From positions 331,514,001 to 331,578,000 of the forward strand of contig OZ024742.1 in assembly GCA_964016885.1 (NCBI GenBank): DNA of 64,000 nucleotides, given 5' to 3'. A model generated the notes under the pieces. It had not been told where the DNA came from. It saw only the letters and a program-made list of their open reading frames with translations, and ran no database searches. Shown here piece after piece: positions 27,948 to 42,000 of the stretch. Each line of letters begins with the position of its first letter. Position 1 is the first letter of the stretch. The stretch is from Eledone cirrhosa (Eukaryota). A program made the translations under genes and the position numbers.

Positions 27948-30900
27948 ATCACTGAATATTGAAGGTTATTTTTGGCAGACGAGAGGATTTAGTGGCAGTT
28001 GGGGTGAACACTGAACACTGAATATTGAATATTGAAGGTTATTTTTGGCAGAAGAGAGGATTTAGTGGCAGTTGGGGTGAACACTGAACACTGAATATTG
28101 AATATTGAAGGTTATCTTTGCAGAAGAGAGGATTTTGTGGCAGTTGGGGTGAACACTGACCACTGAATATTGAATATTGAAGGTTATTTTTGCAGAAGAG
28201 AGGATTTAGTGGCAGTTGGGGTGAAGACTGAACACTGAATATTGAATATTGAAGGTTATTTTTGCATAAGAGAGGATTTAGTGGCAGTTGGGTGAACACT
28301 GAACGCTGAACACTGAATATTGAAGGTTCTTTTTGCAGAAGAGAGGATTTAGTGGCAGTTGGGGTGAACACTGAACACTGAATATTGAAGGTTATTTTTG
28401 GCAGAAGAGAGGATTTAGTGGCAGTTTGGGTGAACACTGAACACTGAATATTGAATATTGAAGGTTATTTTTGGCAGAAGAGAGGATTTAGTGGCATTTG
28501 GGGTGAACACTGAACACTGATTATTGAAGGTTATTTTTGGCAGAAGAGAGGATTTAGTGGCAGTTTGGGTGAACACTGAACACTGAATATTGAATATTGA
28601 AGGTTATTTTTGGCAGAAGAGAGGATTTAGTGGCAGTTGGGGTGAACACTGCACACTGAATATTGAAGGTTATTTTTGGCAGAAGATAGGATTTAGTGGC
28701 AGTTGGGGTGAACACTGAACACTGAACACTGAATATTGAAGGTTATTTTTGGCAGAAGAGAGGATTTAGTGGCAGTTGGGGTGAACACTAAACACTGAAC
28801 ACTGAATATTGAAGGTTATTTTTGCAGAAGAGAGGATTTAGTGGCAGTTGGGGTGAACACTGAACACTGAACACTGAATATTGAAGGTTATTTTTGGCAG
28901 AAGAGAGGATTTAGTGGCAGTTGGGGTGAACACTGAACACTGAATATTGAATATTGAAGATTATTTTTGCAGAAGAGAAGATTTAGTGGCAGTTGGGGTG
29001 AACACTGAACACTGAATATTGAAGGTTATGTCTGGCAGAAGAGAGGATTTAGTGGCAGTTAGGGTGAACACTGAACACTGAATATTGAATATTGAAGGTT
29101 ATTTTTGGCAGAAGAGAGGATTTAGTGGCAGTTGGGGTGAACACTGAACACTGAATATTGAAGGTTATTTTTGCAGAGAGGATTTAGTGGCAGTTGGGGT
29201 GAACACTGAACACTGATCACTGAATATTGAAGGTTATTTTTGGCAGACGAGAGGATTTAGTGGCAGTTGGGGTGAACACTGAACACTGAATATTGAATAT
29301 TGAAGGTTATTTTTGGCAGAAGAGAGGATTTAGTGGCAGTTGGGGTGAACACTAAACACTGAACACTGAATATTGAAGGTTATTTTTGCAGAAGAGAGGA
29401 TTTAGTGGCAGTTGGGGTGAACAATGAACACTGAACACTGAATATTGAAGGTTATTTTTGCAGAAGAGAGGATTTAGTGGCAGTTGGGGTGAACACTGAA
29501 CACTGAATATTGAATATTGAAGGTTATTTTTGCAGAAGAGAGGATTTAGTGGCAGTTGGGGTGAACACTGAACACTGAACACTGAATATTGAAGGTTATT
29601 TCTGGCAGAAGAGAGGGTTTAGTGGCAGTTAGGGTGAACACTGAACACTGAATATTGAATATTGAAGGTTATTTTTGGCAGAAGAGAGGATTTAGTGGCA
29701 GTTGGGGTGAACACTGAACACTGAATATTGAAGGTTATTTTTGCAGAAGAGAGGATTTAGTGGCAGTTGGGGTGAACACTGAACACTGATCACTGAATAT
29801 TGAAGGTTATTTTTGGCAGACGAGAGGATTTAGTGGCAGTTGGGGTGAACACTGAACACTGAATATTGAATATTGAAGGTTATTTTTGGCAGAAGAGAGG
29901 ATTTAGTGGCAGTTGGGGTGAACACTTAACACTGAATATTGAATATTGAAGGTTATCTTTGCAGAAGAGAGGATTTAGTGGCAGTTGGTGTGAACACTGA
30001 TCACTGAATATTGAATATTGAAGGTTATTTTTGCAGAAGAGAGGATTTAGTGGCAGTTGGGGTGAAGACTGAACACTGAATATTGAATATTGAAGGTTAT
30101 TTTTGCATAAGAGAGGATTTAGTGGCAGTTGGGTGAACACTGAACACTGATTATTGAAGGTTATTTTTGGCAGAAGAGAGGATTTAGTGGCAGTTTCGGT
30201 GAACACTGAACTCTAAATATTGAATATTGAAGGTTATTTTTGGCAGAAGAGAGGATTTAGTGGCAGTTGGGGTGAACACTGAACACTGAACACTGAATAT
30301 TGAAGGTTATTTTTGGCAGAAGAGAGGATTTAGTGGCAGTTGGGGTGAACACTGAACATTGAATTTTGAATATTGAAGGTTATTTTTGGCAGAAGAGAGG
30401 ATTTAGTGGCAGTTGGGGTGAACACTGAACAGTGAACACTGAATATTGAAGGTTATTTTTGGCAGAAGAGAGGATTTAGTGGCAGTTGGGGTGAACACTG
30501 AACACTGAATATTGAATATTGAAGGTTATTTTTGCAGAAGAGAAGATTTAGTGGCAGTTGGGGTGAACACTGAACACTGAATATTGAAGGTTATTTTCGG
30601 CAGAAGAGAGGATTTAGTGGCAGTTGGGGTGAACACTGAACACTGAATATTGAAGGTTATTTTTCCAGAAGAGAGGATTTAGTGGCAGTTGGGGTGAACA
30701 CTGAACACTGAATATTGAATATTGAAGGTTATTTTTTGCAGAAGAGAGGATTTAGTGGCAGTTGGGGTGAACACTGAACACTGAATATTGAATATTGAAG
30801 GTTATTTTTGCAGAAGAGAGGATTTAGTGGCAGTTGGGATGAACACTGAACACTGAATATTGAATATTGAAGGTTATTTTTGCAGAAGAGAGAATTTAGT

Positions 30901-33900
30901 GGCAGTTGGGGTGAACACTGAACACTGAATATTGAATATTGAAGGTTATTTTTGCAGAAGAGAGGATTTAGTGGCAGTTGGGGTGAACAATGAACACTGA
31001 ACACTGAATATTGAAGGTTATTTTTGCAGAAGAGAGGATTTAGTGGCAGTTGGGGTGAACACTGAACACTGAATATTGAATATTGAAGGTTATTTTTGCA
31101 GAAGAGAGGATTTAGTGGCAGTTGGGGTGAACACTGAACACTGAATATTGAAGGTTATTTTCGGCAGAAGAGAGGATTTAGTGGCAGTTGGGCTGAACAC
31201 TGAACACTGAATATTGAAGGTTATTTTTCAAGAAGAGAGGATTTAGTGGCAGTTGGGGTGAACACTGAACACTGAATATTGAATATTGAAGGTTATTTTT
31301 GCAGAAGAGAGGATTTAGTGGCAGTTGGGGTGAACACTGAACACTGAATATTGAAGGTTATTTCTGGCAGAAGAGAGGATTTAGTGGCAGTTAGGGTGAA
31401 CACTGAACACTGAATATTGAATATTGAAGGTTATTTTTGGCAGAAGAGAGGATTTAGTTGCAGTTGGGGTGAACACTGAACACTGAATATTGAAGGTTAT
31501 TTTTGCAGAAGAGAGGATTTAGTGGCAGTTGGGGTGAACACTGAACACTGATCACTGAATATTGAAGGTTATTTTTGGCAGACGAGAGGATTTAGTGGCA
31601 GTTGGTGTGAACACTGAACACTGAATATTGAATATTGAAGGTTATTTTTGGCAGAAGAGAGGATTTAGTGGCAGTTGGGGTGAACACTGAACACTGAATA
31701 TTGAATATTGAAGGTTATCTTTGCAGAAGAGAGGATTTTGTGGCAGTTGGGGTGAACACTGATCACTGAATATTGAATATTGAAGGTTATTTTTGCAGAA
31801 GAGAGGATTTAGTGGCAGTTGGGGTGAAGACTGAACACTGAATATTGAATATTGAAGGTTATTTTTGCATAAGAGAGGATTTAGTGGCAGTTGGGTGAAC
31901 ACTGAACGCTGAACACTGAATATTGAAGGTTCTTTTTGCAGAAGAGAGGATTTAGTGGCTGTTGGGGTGAACACTGAACACTGAATATTGAAGGTTATTT
32001 TTGGCAGAAGAGAGGATTTAGTGGCAGTTTGGGTGAACACTGAACACTGAATATTGAATATTGAAGGTTATTTTTGGCAGAAGTGAGGATTTAGTGGCAT
32101 TTGGGGTGAACACTGAACACTGATTATTGAAGGTTATTTTTGGCAGAAGAGAGGATTTAGTGGCAGTTTGGGTGAACACTGAACACTGAATATTGAATAT
32201 TGAAGGTTATTTTTGGCAGAAGAGAGGATTTAGTGGCAGTTGGGGTGAACACTGCACACTGAATATTGAAGGTTATTTTTGGCAGAAGATAGGATTTAGT
32301 GGCAGTTGGGGTGAACACTGAACACTGAACACTGAATATTGAAGGTTATTTTTGGCAGAAGAGAGGATTTAGTGGCAGTTGGGGTGAACACTAAACACTG
32401 AACACTGAATATTGAAGGTTATTTTTGCAGAAGAGAGGATTTAGTGGCAGTTGGGGTGAACACTGAACACTGAACACTGAATATTGAAGGTTATTTTTGG
32501 CAGAAGAGAGGATTTAGTGGCAGTTGGGGTGAACACTGAACACTGAACACTGAATATTGAAGGTTATTTTTGGCAGAAGAGAGGATTTAGTGGCAGTTGG
32601 GGTGAACACTGAACACTGAATATTGAATATTGAAGGTTATTTTTGCAGAAGAGAGGATTTAGTGGCAGTTGGGGTGAACAATGAACACTGAACACTGAAT
32701 ATTGAAGGTTATTTTTGCAGAAGAGAGGATTTAGTGGCAGTTGGGGTGAACACTGAACACTGAATATTGAATATTGAAGGTTATTTTTGCAGAAGAGAGG
32801 ATTTAGTGGCATTTGGGGTGAACACTGAACACTGATTATTGAAGGTTATTTTTGGCAGAAGAGAGGATTTAGTGGCAGTTTGGGTGAACACTGAACACTG
32901 AATATTGAATATTGAAGGTTATTTTTGGCAGAAGAGAGGATTTAGTGGCAGTTGGGGTGAACACTGCACACTGAATATTGAAGGTTATTTTTGGCAGAAG
33001 ATAGGATTTAGTGGCAGTTGGGGTGAACACTGAACACTGAACACTGAATATTGAAGGTTATTTTTGGCAGAAGAGAGGATTTAGTGGCAGTTGGGGTGAA
33101 CACTAAACACTGAACACTGAATATTGAAGGTTATTTTTGCAGAAGAGAGGATTTAGTGGCAGTTGGGGTGAACACTGAACACTGAACACTGAATATTGAA
33201 GGTTATTTTTGGCAGAAGAGAGGATTTAGTGGCAGTTGGGGTGAACACTGAACACTGAACACTGAATATTGAAGGTTATTTTTGGCAGAAGAGAGGATTT
33301 AGTGGCAGTTGGGGTGAACACTGAACAGTGAACACTGAATATTGAAGGTTATTTTTGGCAGAAGAGAGGATTTAGTGGCAGTTGGGGTGAACACTGAACA
33401 CAGAATATTGAATATTGAAGGTTATTTTTGCAGAAGAGAGGATTTAGTGGCAGTTGGGGTGAACAATGAACACTGAACACTGAATATTGAAGGTTATTTT
33501 TGCAGAAGAGAGGATTTAGTGGCAGTTGGGGTGAACACTGAACACTGAATATTGAATATTGAAGGTTATTTTTGCAGAAGAGAGGATTTAGTGGCCGTTG
33601 GGGTGAACACTGAACACTGAATATTGAAGGTTATTTTCGGCAGAAGAGAGGATTTAGTGGCAGTTGGGCTGAACACTGAACACTGAATATTGAAGGTTAT
33701 TTTTCAAGAAGAGAGGATTTAGTGGCAGTTGGGGTGAACACTGAACACTGAATATTGAATATTGAAGGTTATTTTTGCAGAAGAGAGGATTTAGTGGCAG
33801 TTGGGGTGAACACTGAACACTGAATATTGAAGGTTATTTCTGGCAGAAGAGAGGATTTAGTGGCAGTTAGGGTGAACACTGAACACTGAATATTGAATAT

Positions 33901-36900
33901 TGAAGGTTATTTTTGGCAGAAGAGAGGATTTAGTGGCAGTTGGGGTGAACACTCGACACTGAATATTGAAGGTTATTTTTGCAGAAGAGAGGATTTAGTG
34001 GCAGTTGGGGTGAACACTGAACACTGATCACTGAATATTGAAGGTTATTTTTGGCAGACGAGAGGATTTAGTGGCAGTTGGGGTGAACACTGAACACTGA
34101 ATATTGAATATTGAAGGTTATTTTTGGCAGAAGAGAGGATTTAGTGGCAGTTGGGGTGAACACTGAACACTGAATATTGAATATTGAAGGTTATCTTTGC
34201 AGAAGAGAGGATTTTGTGGCAGTTGGGGTGAACACTGATCACTGAATATTGAATATTGAAGGTTATTTTTGCAGAAGAGAGGATTTAGTGGCAGTTGGGG
34301 TGAAGACTGAACACTGAATATTGAATATTGAAGGTTATTTTTGCATAAGAGAGGATTTAGTGGCAGTTGGGTGAACACTGAACGCTGAACACTGAATATT
34401 GAAGGTTCTTTTTGCAGAAGAGAGGATTTAGTGGCAGTTGGGGTGAACACTGAACACTGAATATTGAAGGTTATTTTTGGCAGAAGAGAGGATTTAGTGG
34501 CAGTTTGGGTGAACACTGAACACTGAATATTGAATATTGAAGGTTATTTTTGGCAGAAGAGAGGATTTAGTGGCATTTGGGGTGAACACTGAACACTGAT
34601 TATTGAAGGTTATTTTTGGCAGAAGAGAGGATTTAGTGGCAGTTTGGGTGAACACTGAACACTGAATATTGAATATTGAAGGTTATTTTTGGCAGAAGAG
34701 AGGATTTAGTGGCAGTTGGGGTGAACACTGCACACTGAATATTGAAGGTTATTTTTGGCAGAAGATAGGATTTAGTGGCAGTTGGGGTGAACACTGAACA
34801 CTGAACACTGAATATTGAAGGTTATTTTTGGCAGAAGAGAGGATTTAGTGGCAGTTGGGGTGAACACTAAACACTGAACACTGAATATTGAAGGTTATTT
34901 TTGCAGAAGAGAGGATTTAGTGGCAGTTGGGGTGAACACTGAACACTGAACACTGAATATTGAAGGTTATTTTTGGCAGAAGAGAGGATTTAGTGGCAGT
35001 TGGGGTGAACACTGAACACTGAATATTGAATATTGAAGATTATTTTTGCAGAAGAGAAGATTTAGTGGCAGTTGGGGTGAACACTGAACACTGAATATTG
35101 AAGGTTATTTCTGGCAGAAGAGAGGATTTAGTGGCAGTTAGGGTGAACACTGAACACTGAATATTGAATATTGAAGGTTATTTTTGGCAGAAGAGAGGAT
35201 TTAGTGGCAGTTGGGGTGAACACTGAACACTGAATATTGAAGGTTATTTTTGCAGAGAGGATTTAGTGGCAGTTGGGGTGAACACTGAACACTGATCACT
35301 GAATATTGAAGGTTATTTTTGGCAGACGAGAGGATTTAGTGGCAGTTGGGGTGAACACTGAACACTGAATATTGAATATTGAAGGTTATTTTTGGCAGAA
35401 GAGAGGATTTAGTGGCAGTTGGGGTGAACACTAAACACTGAACACTGAATATTGAAGGTTATTTTTGCAGAAGAGAGGATTTAGTGGCAGTTGGGGTGAA
35501 CAATGAACACTGAACACTGAATATTGAAGGTTATTTTTGCAGAAGAGAGGATTTAGTGGCAGTTGGGGTGAACACTGAACACTGAATATTGAATATTGAA
35601 GGTTATTTTTGCAGAAGAGAGGATTTAGTGGCAGTTGGGGTGAACACTGAACACTGAACACTGAATATTGAAGGTTATTTCTGGCAGAAGAGAGGGTTTA
35701 GTGGCAGTTAGGGTGAACACTGAACACTGAATATTGAATATTGAAGGTTATTTTTGGCAGAAGAGAGGATTTAGTGGCAGTTGGGGTGAACACTGAACAC
35801 TGAATATTGAAGGTTATTTTTGCAGAAGAGAGGATTTAGTGGCAGTTGGGGTGAACACTGAACACTGATCACTGAATATTGAAGGTTATTTTTGGCAGAC
35901 GAGAGGATTTAGTGGCAGTTGGGGTGAACACTGAACACTGAATATTGAATATTGAAGGTTATTTTTGGCAGAAGAGAGGATTTAGTGGCAGTTGGGGTGA
36001 ACACTTAACACTGAATATTGAATATTGAAGGTTATCTTTGCAGAAGAGAGGATTTAGTGGCAGTTGGTGTGAACACTGATCACTGAATATTGAATATTGA
36101 AGGTTATTTTTGCAGAAGAGAGGATTTAGTGGCAGTTGGGGTGAAGACTGAACACTGAATATTGAATATTGAAGGTTATTTTTGCATAAGAGAGGATTTA
36201 GTGGCAGTTGGGTGAACACTGAACACTGAATATTGAAGGTTATTTTTGGCAGAAGAGAGGATTTAGTGGCAGTTTGGGTGAACACTGAACACTGAATATT
36301 GAATATTGAAGGTTATTTTTGGCAGAAGAGAGGAGTTAGTGGCAGTTGGTGTGAACACTGAACACTGATTATTGAAGGTTATTTTTGGCAGAAGAGAGGA
36401 TTTAGTGGCAGTTTCGGTGAACACTGAACTCTAAATATTGAATATTGAAGGTTATTTTTGGCAGAAGAGAGGATTTAGTGGCAGTTGGGGTGAACACTGA
36501 ACACTGAACACTGAATATTGAAGGTTATTTTTGGCAGAAGAGAGGATTTAGTGGCAGTTGGGGTGAACACTGAACATTGAATTTTGAATATTGAAGGTTA
36601 TTTTTGGCAGAAGAGAGGATTTAGTGGCAGTTGGGGTGAACACTGAACAGTGAACACTGAATATTGAAGGTTATTTTTGGCAGAAGAGAGGATTTAGTGG
36701 CAGTTGGGGTGAACACTGAACACTGAATATTGAATATTGAAGGTTATTTTTGCAGAAGAGAAGATTTAGTGGCAGTTGGGGTGAACACTGAACACTGAAT
36801 ATTGAAGGTTATTTTCGGCAGAAGAGAGGATTTAGTGGCAGTTGGGGTGAACACTGAACACTGAATATTGAAGGTTATTTTTCCAGAAGAGAGGATTTAG

Positions 36901-39028
36901 TGGCAGTTGGGGTGAACACTGAACACTGAATATTGAATATTGAAGGTTATTTTTTGCAGAAGAGAGGATTTAGTGGCAGTTGGGGTGAACACTGAACACT
37001 GAATATTGAATATTGAAGGTTATTTTTGCAGAAGAGAGGATTTAGTGGCAGTTGGGATGAACACTGAACACTGAATATTGAATATTGAAGGTTATTTTTG
37101 CAGAAGAGAGAATTTAGTGGCAGTTGGGGTGAACACTGAACACTGAATATTGAATATTGAAGGTTATTTTTGCAGAAGAGAGGATTTAGTGGCAGTTGGG
37201 GTGAACAATGAACACTGAACACTGAATATTGAAGGTTATTTTTGCAGAAGAGAGGATTTAGTGGCAGTTGGGGTGAACACTGAACACTGAATATTGAATA
37301 TTGAAGGTTATTTTTGCAGAAGAGAGGATTTAGTGGCAGTTGGGGTGAACACTGAACACTGAATATTGAAGGTTATTTTCGGCAGAAGAGAGGATTTAGT
37401 GGCAGTTGGGCTGAACACTGAACACTGAATATTGAAGGTTATTTTTCAAGAAGAGAGGATTTAGTGGCAGTTGGGGTGAACACTGAACACTGAATATTGA
37501 ATATTGAAGGTTATTTTTGCAGAAGAGAGGATTTAGTGGCAGTTGGGGTGAACACTGAACACTGAATATTGAAGGTTATTTCTGGCAGAAGAGAGGATTT
37601 AGTGGCAGTTAGGGTGAACACTGAACACTGAATATTGAATATTGAAGGTTATTTTTGGCAGAAGAGAGGATTTAGTTGCAGTTGGGGTGAACACTGAACA
37701 CTGAATATTGAAGGTTATTTTTGCAGAAGAGAGGATTTAGTGGCAGTTGGGGTGAACACTGAACACTGATCACTGAATATTGAAGGTTATTTTTGACAGA
37801 CGAGAGGATTTAGTGGCAGTTGGTGTGAACACTGAACACTGAATATTGAATATTGAAGGTTATTTTTGGCAGAAGAGAGGATTTAGTGGCAGTTGGGGTG
37901 AACACTGAACACTGAATATTGAATATTGAAGGTTATCTTTGCAGAAGAGAGGATTTTGTGGCAGTTGGGGTGAACACTGATCACTGAATATTGAATATTG
38001 AAGGTTATTTTTGCAGAAGAGAGGATTTAGTGGCAGTTGGGGTGAAGACTGAACACTGAATATTGAATATTGAAGGTTATTTTTGCATAAGAGAGGATTT
38101 AGTGGCAGTTGGGTGAACACTGAACGCTGAACACTGAATATTGAAGGTTCTTTTTGCAGAAGAGAGGATTTAGTGGCAGTTGGGGTGAACACTGAACACT
38201 GAATATTGAAGGTTATTTTTGGCAGAAGAGAGGATTTAGTGGCAGTTTGGGTGAACACTGAACACTGAATATTGAATATTGAAGGTTATTTTTGGCAGAA
38301 GTGAGGATTTAGTGGCATTTGGGGTGAACACTGAACACTGATTATTGAAGGTTATTTTTGGCAGAAGAGAGGATTTAGTGGCAGTTTGGGTGAACACTGA
38401 ACACTGAATATTGAATATTGAAGGTTATTTTTGGCAGAAGAGAGGATTTAGTGGCAGTTGGGGTGAACACTGCACACTGAATATTGAAGGTTATTTTTGG
38501 CAGAAGATAGGATTTAGTGGCAGTTGGGGTGAACACTGAACACTGAACACTGAATATTGAAGGTTATTTTTGGCAGAAGAGAGGATTTAGTGGCAGTTGG
38601 GGTGAACACTAAACACTGAACACTGAATATTGAAGGTTATTTTTGCAGAAGCGAGGATTTAGTGGCAGTTGGGGTGAACACTGAACACTGAACACTGAAT
38701 ATTGAAGGTTATTTTTGGCAGAAGAGAGGATTTAGTGGCAGTTGGGGTGAACACTGAACACTGAACACTGAATATTGAAGGTTATTTTTGGCAGAAGAGA
38801 GGATTTAGTGGCAGTTGGGGTGAACACTGAACACTGAATATTGAATATTGAAGGTTATTTTTGCAGAAGAGAGGATTTAGTGGCAGTTGGGGTGAACAAT
38901 GAACACTGAACACTGAATATTGAAGGTTATTTTTGCAGAAGAGAGGATTTAGTGGCAGTTGGGGTGAACACTGAACACTGAATATTGAATATTGAAGGTT
39001 ATTTTTGCAGAAGAGAGGATTTAGTGGC
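26712..39028. repeat. Tandem duplication, period 6079/6218 bp
   Basis: CTCGAC at 27873/33952, 3-bp deletion GCAGAGAGG at about 29173/35252 and pseudo-ORFs at 28039/34118 give offset 6079. Pseudo-ORFs at 30729/36947 and 31642/37860 give offset 6218 after a 139-bp two-monomer indel. Confidence 0.92.
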
Positions 39029-42000
39029 AGTTGGGGTGAACACTGAACACTGAATATTGAAGGTTATTTTCGGCAGAAGAGAGGATTTAGTGGCAGTTGG
39101 GCTGAACACTGAACACTGAATATTGAAGGTTATTTTTCAAGAAGAGAGGATTTAGTGGCAGTTGGGGTGAACACTGAACACTGAATATTGAATATTGAAG
39201 GTTATTTTTGCAGAAGAGAGGATTTAGTGGCAGTTGGGGTGAACACTGAACACTGAATATTGAAGGTTATTTCTGGCAGAAGAGAGGATTTAGTGGCAGT
39301 TAGGGTGAACACTGAACACTGAATATTGAATATTGAAGGTTATTTTTGGCAGAAGAGAGGATTTAGTGGCAGTTGGGGTGAACACTGAACACTGAATATT
39401 GAAGGTTATTTTTGCAGAAGAGAGGATTTAGTGGCAGTTGGGGTGAACACTGAACACTGATCACTGAATATTGAAGGTTATTTTTGGCAGACGAGAGGAT
39501 TTAGTGGCAGTTGGGGTGAACACTGAACACTGAATATTGAATATTGAAGGTTATTTTTGGCAGAAGAGAGGATTTAGTGGCAGTTGGGGTGAACACTGAA
39601 CACTGAATATTGAATATTGAAGGTTATCTTTGCAGAAGAGAGGATTTTGTGGCAGTTGGGGTGAACACTGATCACTGAATATTGAATATTGAAGGTTATT
39701 TTTGCAGAAGAGAGGATTTAGTGGCAGTTGGGGTGAAGACTGAACACTGAATATTGAATATTGAAGGTTATTTTTGCATAAGAGAGGATTTAGTGGCAGT
39801 TGGGTGAACACTGAACGCTGAACACTGAATATTGAAGGTTCTTTTTGCAGAAGAGAGGATTTAGTGGCAGTTGGGGTGAACACTGAACACTGAATATTGA
39901 AGGTTATTTTTGGCAGAAGAGAGGATTTAGTGGCAGTTTGGGTGAACACTGAACACTGAATATTGAATATTGAAGGTTATTTTTGGCAGAAGAGAGGATT
40001 TAGTGGCATTTGGGGTGAACACTGAACACTGATTATTGAAGGTTATTTTTGGCCGAAGAGAGGATTTAGTGGCAGTTTGGGTGAACACTGAACACTGAAT
40101 ATTGAATATTGAAGGTTATTTTTGGCAGAAGAGAGGATTTAGTGGCAGTTGGGGTGAACACTGCACACTGAATATTGAAGGTTATTTTTGGCAGAAGATA
40201 GGATTTAGTGGCAGTTGGGGTGAACACTGATCACTGAACACTGAATATTGAAGGTTATTTTTGGCAGAAGAGAGGATTTAGTGGCAGTTGGGGTGAACAC
40301 TGAACACTGAACACTGAATATTGAAGGTTATTTTTGGCAGAAGAGAGGATTTAGTGGCAGTTGGGGTGAACACTGAACAGTGAACACTGAATATTGAAGG
40401 TTATTTTTGGCAGAAGAGAGGATTTAGTGGCAGTTGGGGTGAACACTGAACACTGAATATTGAATATTGAAGATTATTTTTGCAGAAGAGAAGATTTAGT
40501 GGCAGTTGGGGTGAACACTGAACACTGAATATTGAAGGTTATTTTCGGCAGAAGAGAGGATTTAGTGGCAGTTGGGCTGAACACTGAACACTGAATATTG
40601 AAGGTTATTTTTCAAGAAGAGAGGATTTAGTGGCAGTTGGGGTGAACACTGAACACTGAATATTGAATATTGAAGGTTATTTTTGCAGAAGAGAGGATTT
40701 AGTGGCAGTTGGGGTGAACACTGAACACTGAATATTGAAGGTTATTTCTGGCAGAAGAGAGGATTTAGTGGCAGTTAGGGTGAACACTGAACACTGAATA
40801 TTGAATATTGAAGGTTATTTTTGGCAGAAGAGAGGATTTAGTGGCAGTTGGGGTGAACACTGAACACTGAATATTGAAGGTTATTTTTGCAGAAGAGAGC
40901 ATTTAGTGGCAGTTGGGGTGAACACTGAACACTGATCACTGAATATTGAAGGTTATTTTTGGCAGACGAGAGGATTTAGTGGCAGTTGGGGTGAACACTG
41001 AACACTGAATATTGAATATTGAAGGTTATTTTTGGCAGAAGAGAGGATTTAGTTGCAGTTGGGGTGAACACTGAACACTGAATATTGAATATTGAAGGTT
41101 ATCTTTGCAGAAGAGAGGATTTAGTGGCAGTTGGGGTGAACACTGATCACTGAATATTGAATATTGAAGGTTATTTTTGCAGAAGAGAGGATTTAGTGGC
41201 AGTTGGGGTGAAGACTGAACACTGAATATTGAATATTGAAGGTTATTTTTGCATAAGAGAGGATTTAGTGGCAGTTGGGTGAACACTGAACGCTGAACAC
41301 TGAATATTGAAGGTTCTTTTTGCAGAAGAGAGGATTTAGTGGCAGTTGGGGTGAACACTGAACACTGAATATTGAAGGTTATTTTTGGCAGAAGAGAGGA
41401 TTTAGTGGCAGTTTGGGTGAACACTGAACACTGAATATTGAATATTGAAGGTTATTTTTGGAAGAAGAGAGGATTTAGTGGCATTTGGGGTGAACACTGA
41501 ACACTGATTATTGAAGGTTATTTTTGGCAGGAAGAGAGGATTTAGTGGCAGTTTGGGTGAACACTGAACACTGAATATTGAATATTGAAGGTTATTTTTG
41601 GCAGAAGAGAGGATTTAGTGGCAGTTGGGGTGAACACTGAACACTGAATATTGAAGGTTATTTTTGGCAGAAGATAGGATTTAGTGGCAGTTGGGGTGAA
41701 CACTGAACACTGAACACTGAATATTGAAGGTTATTTTTGGCAGAAGAGAGGATTTAGTGGCAGTTGGGGTGAACACTAAACACTGAACACTGAATATTGA
41801 AGGTTATTTTTGCAGAAGAGAGGATTTAGTGGCAGTTGGGGTGAACAATGAACACTGAACACTGAATATTGAAGGTTATTTTTGCAGAAGAGAGGATTTA
41901 GTGGCAGTTGGGGTGAACACTGAACACTGAATAATGAATATTGAAGGTTATTTTTGCAGAAGAGAGGATTTAGTGGCAGTTGGGGTGAACACTGAACACT

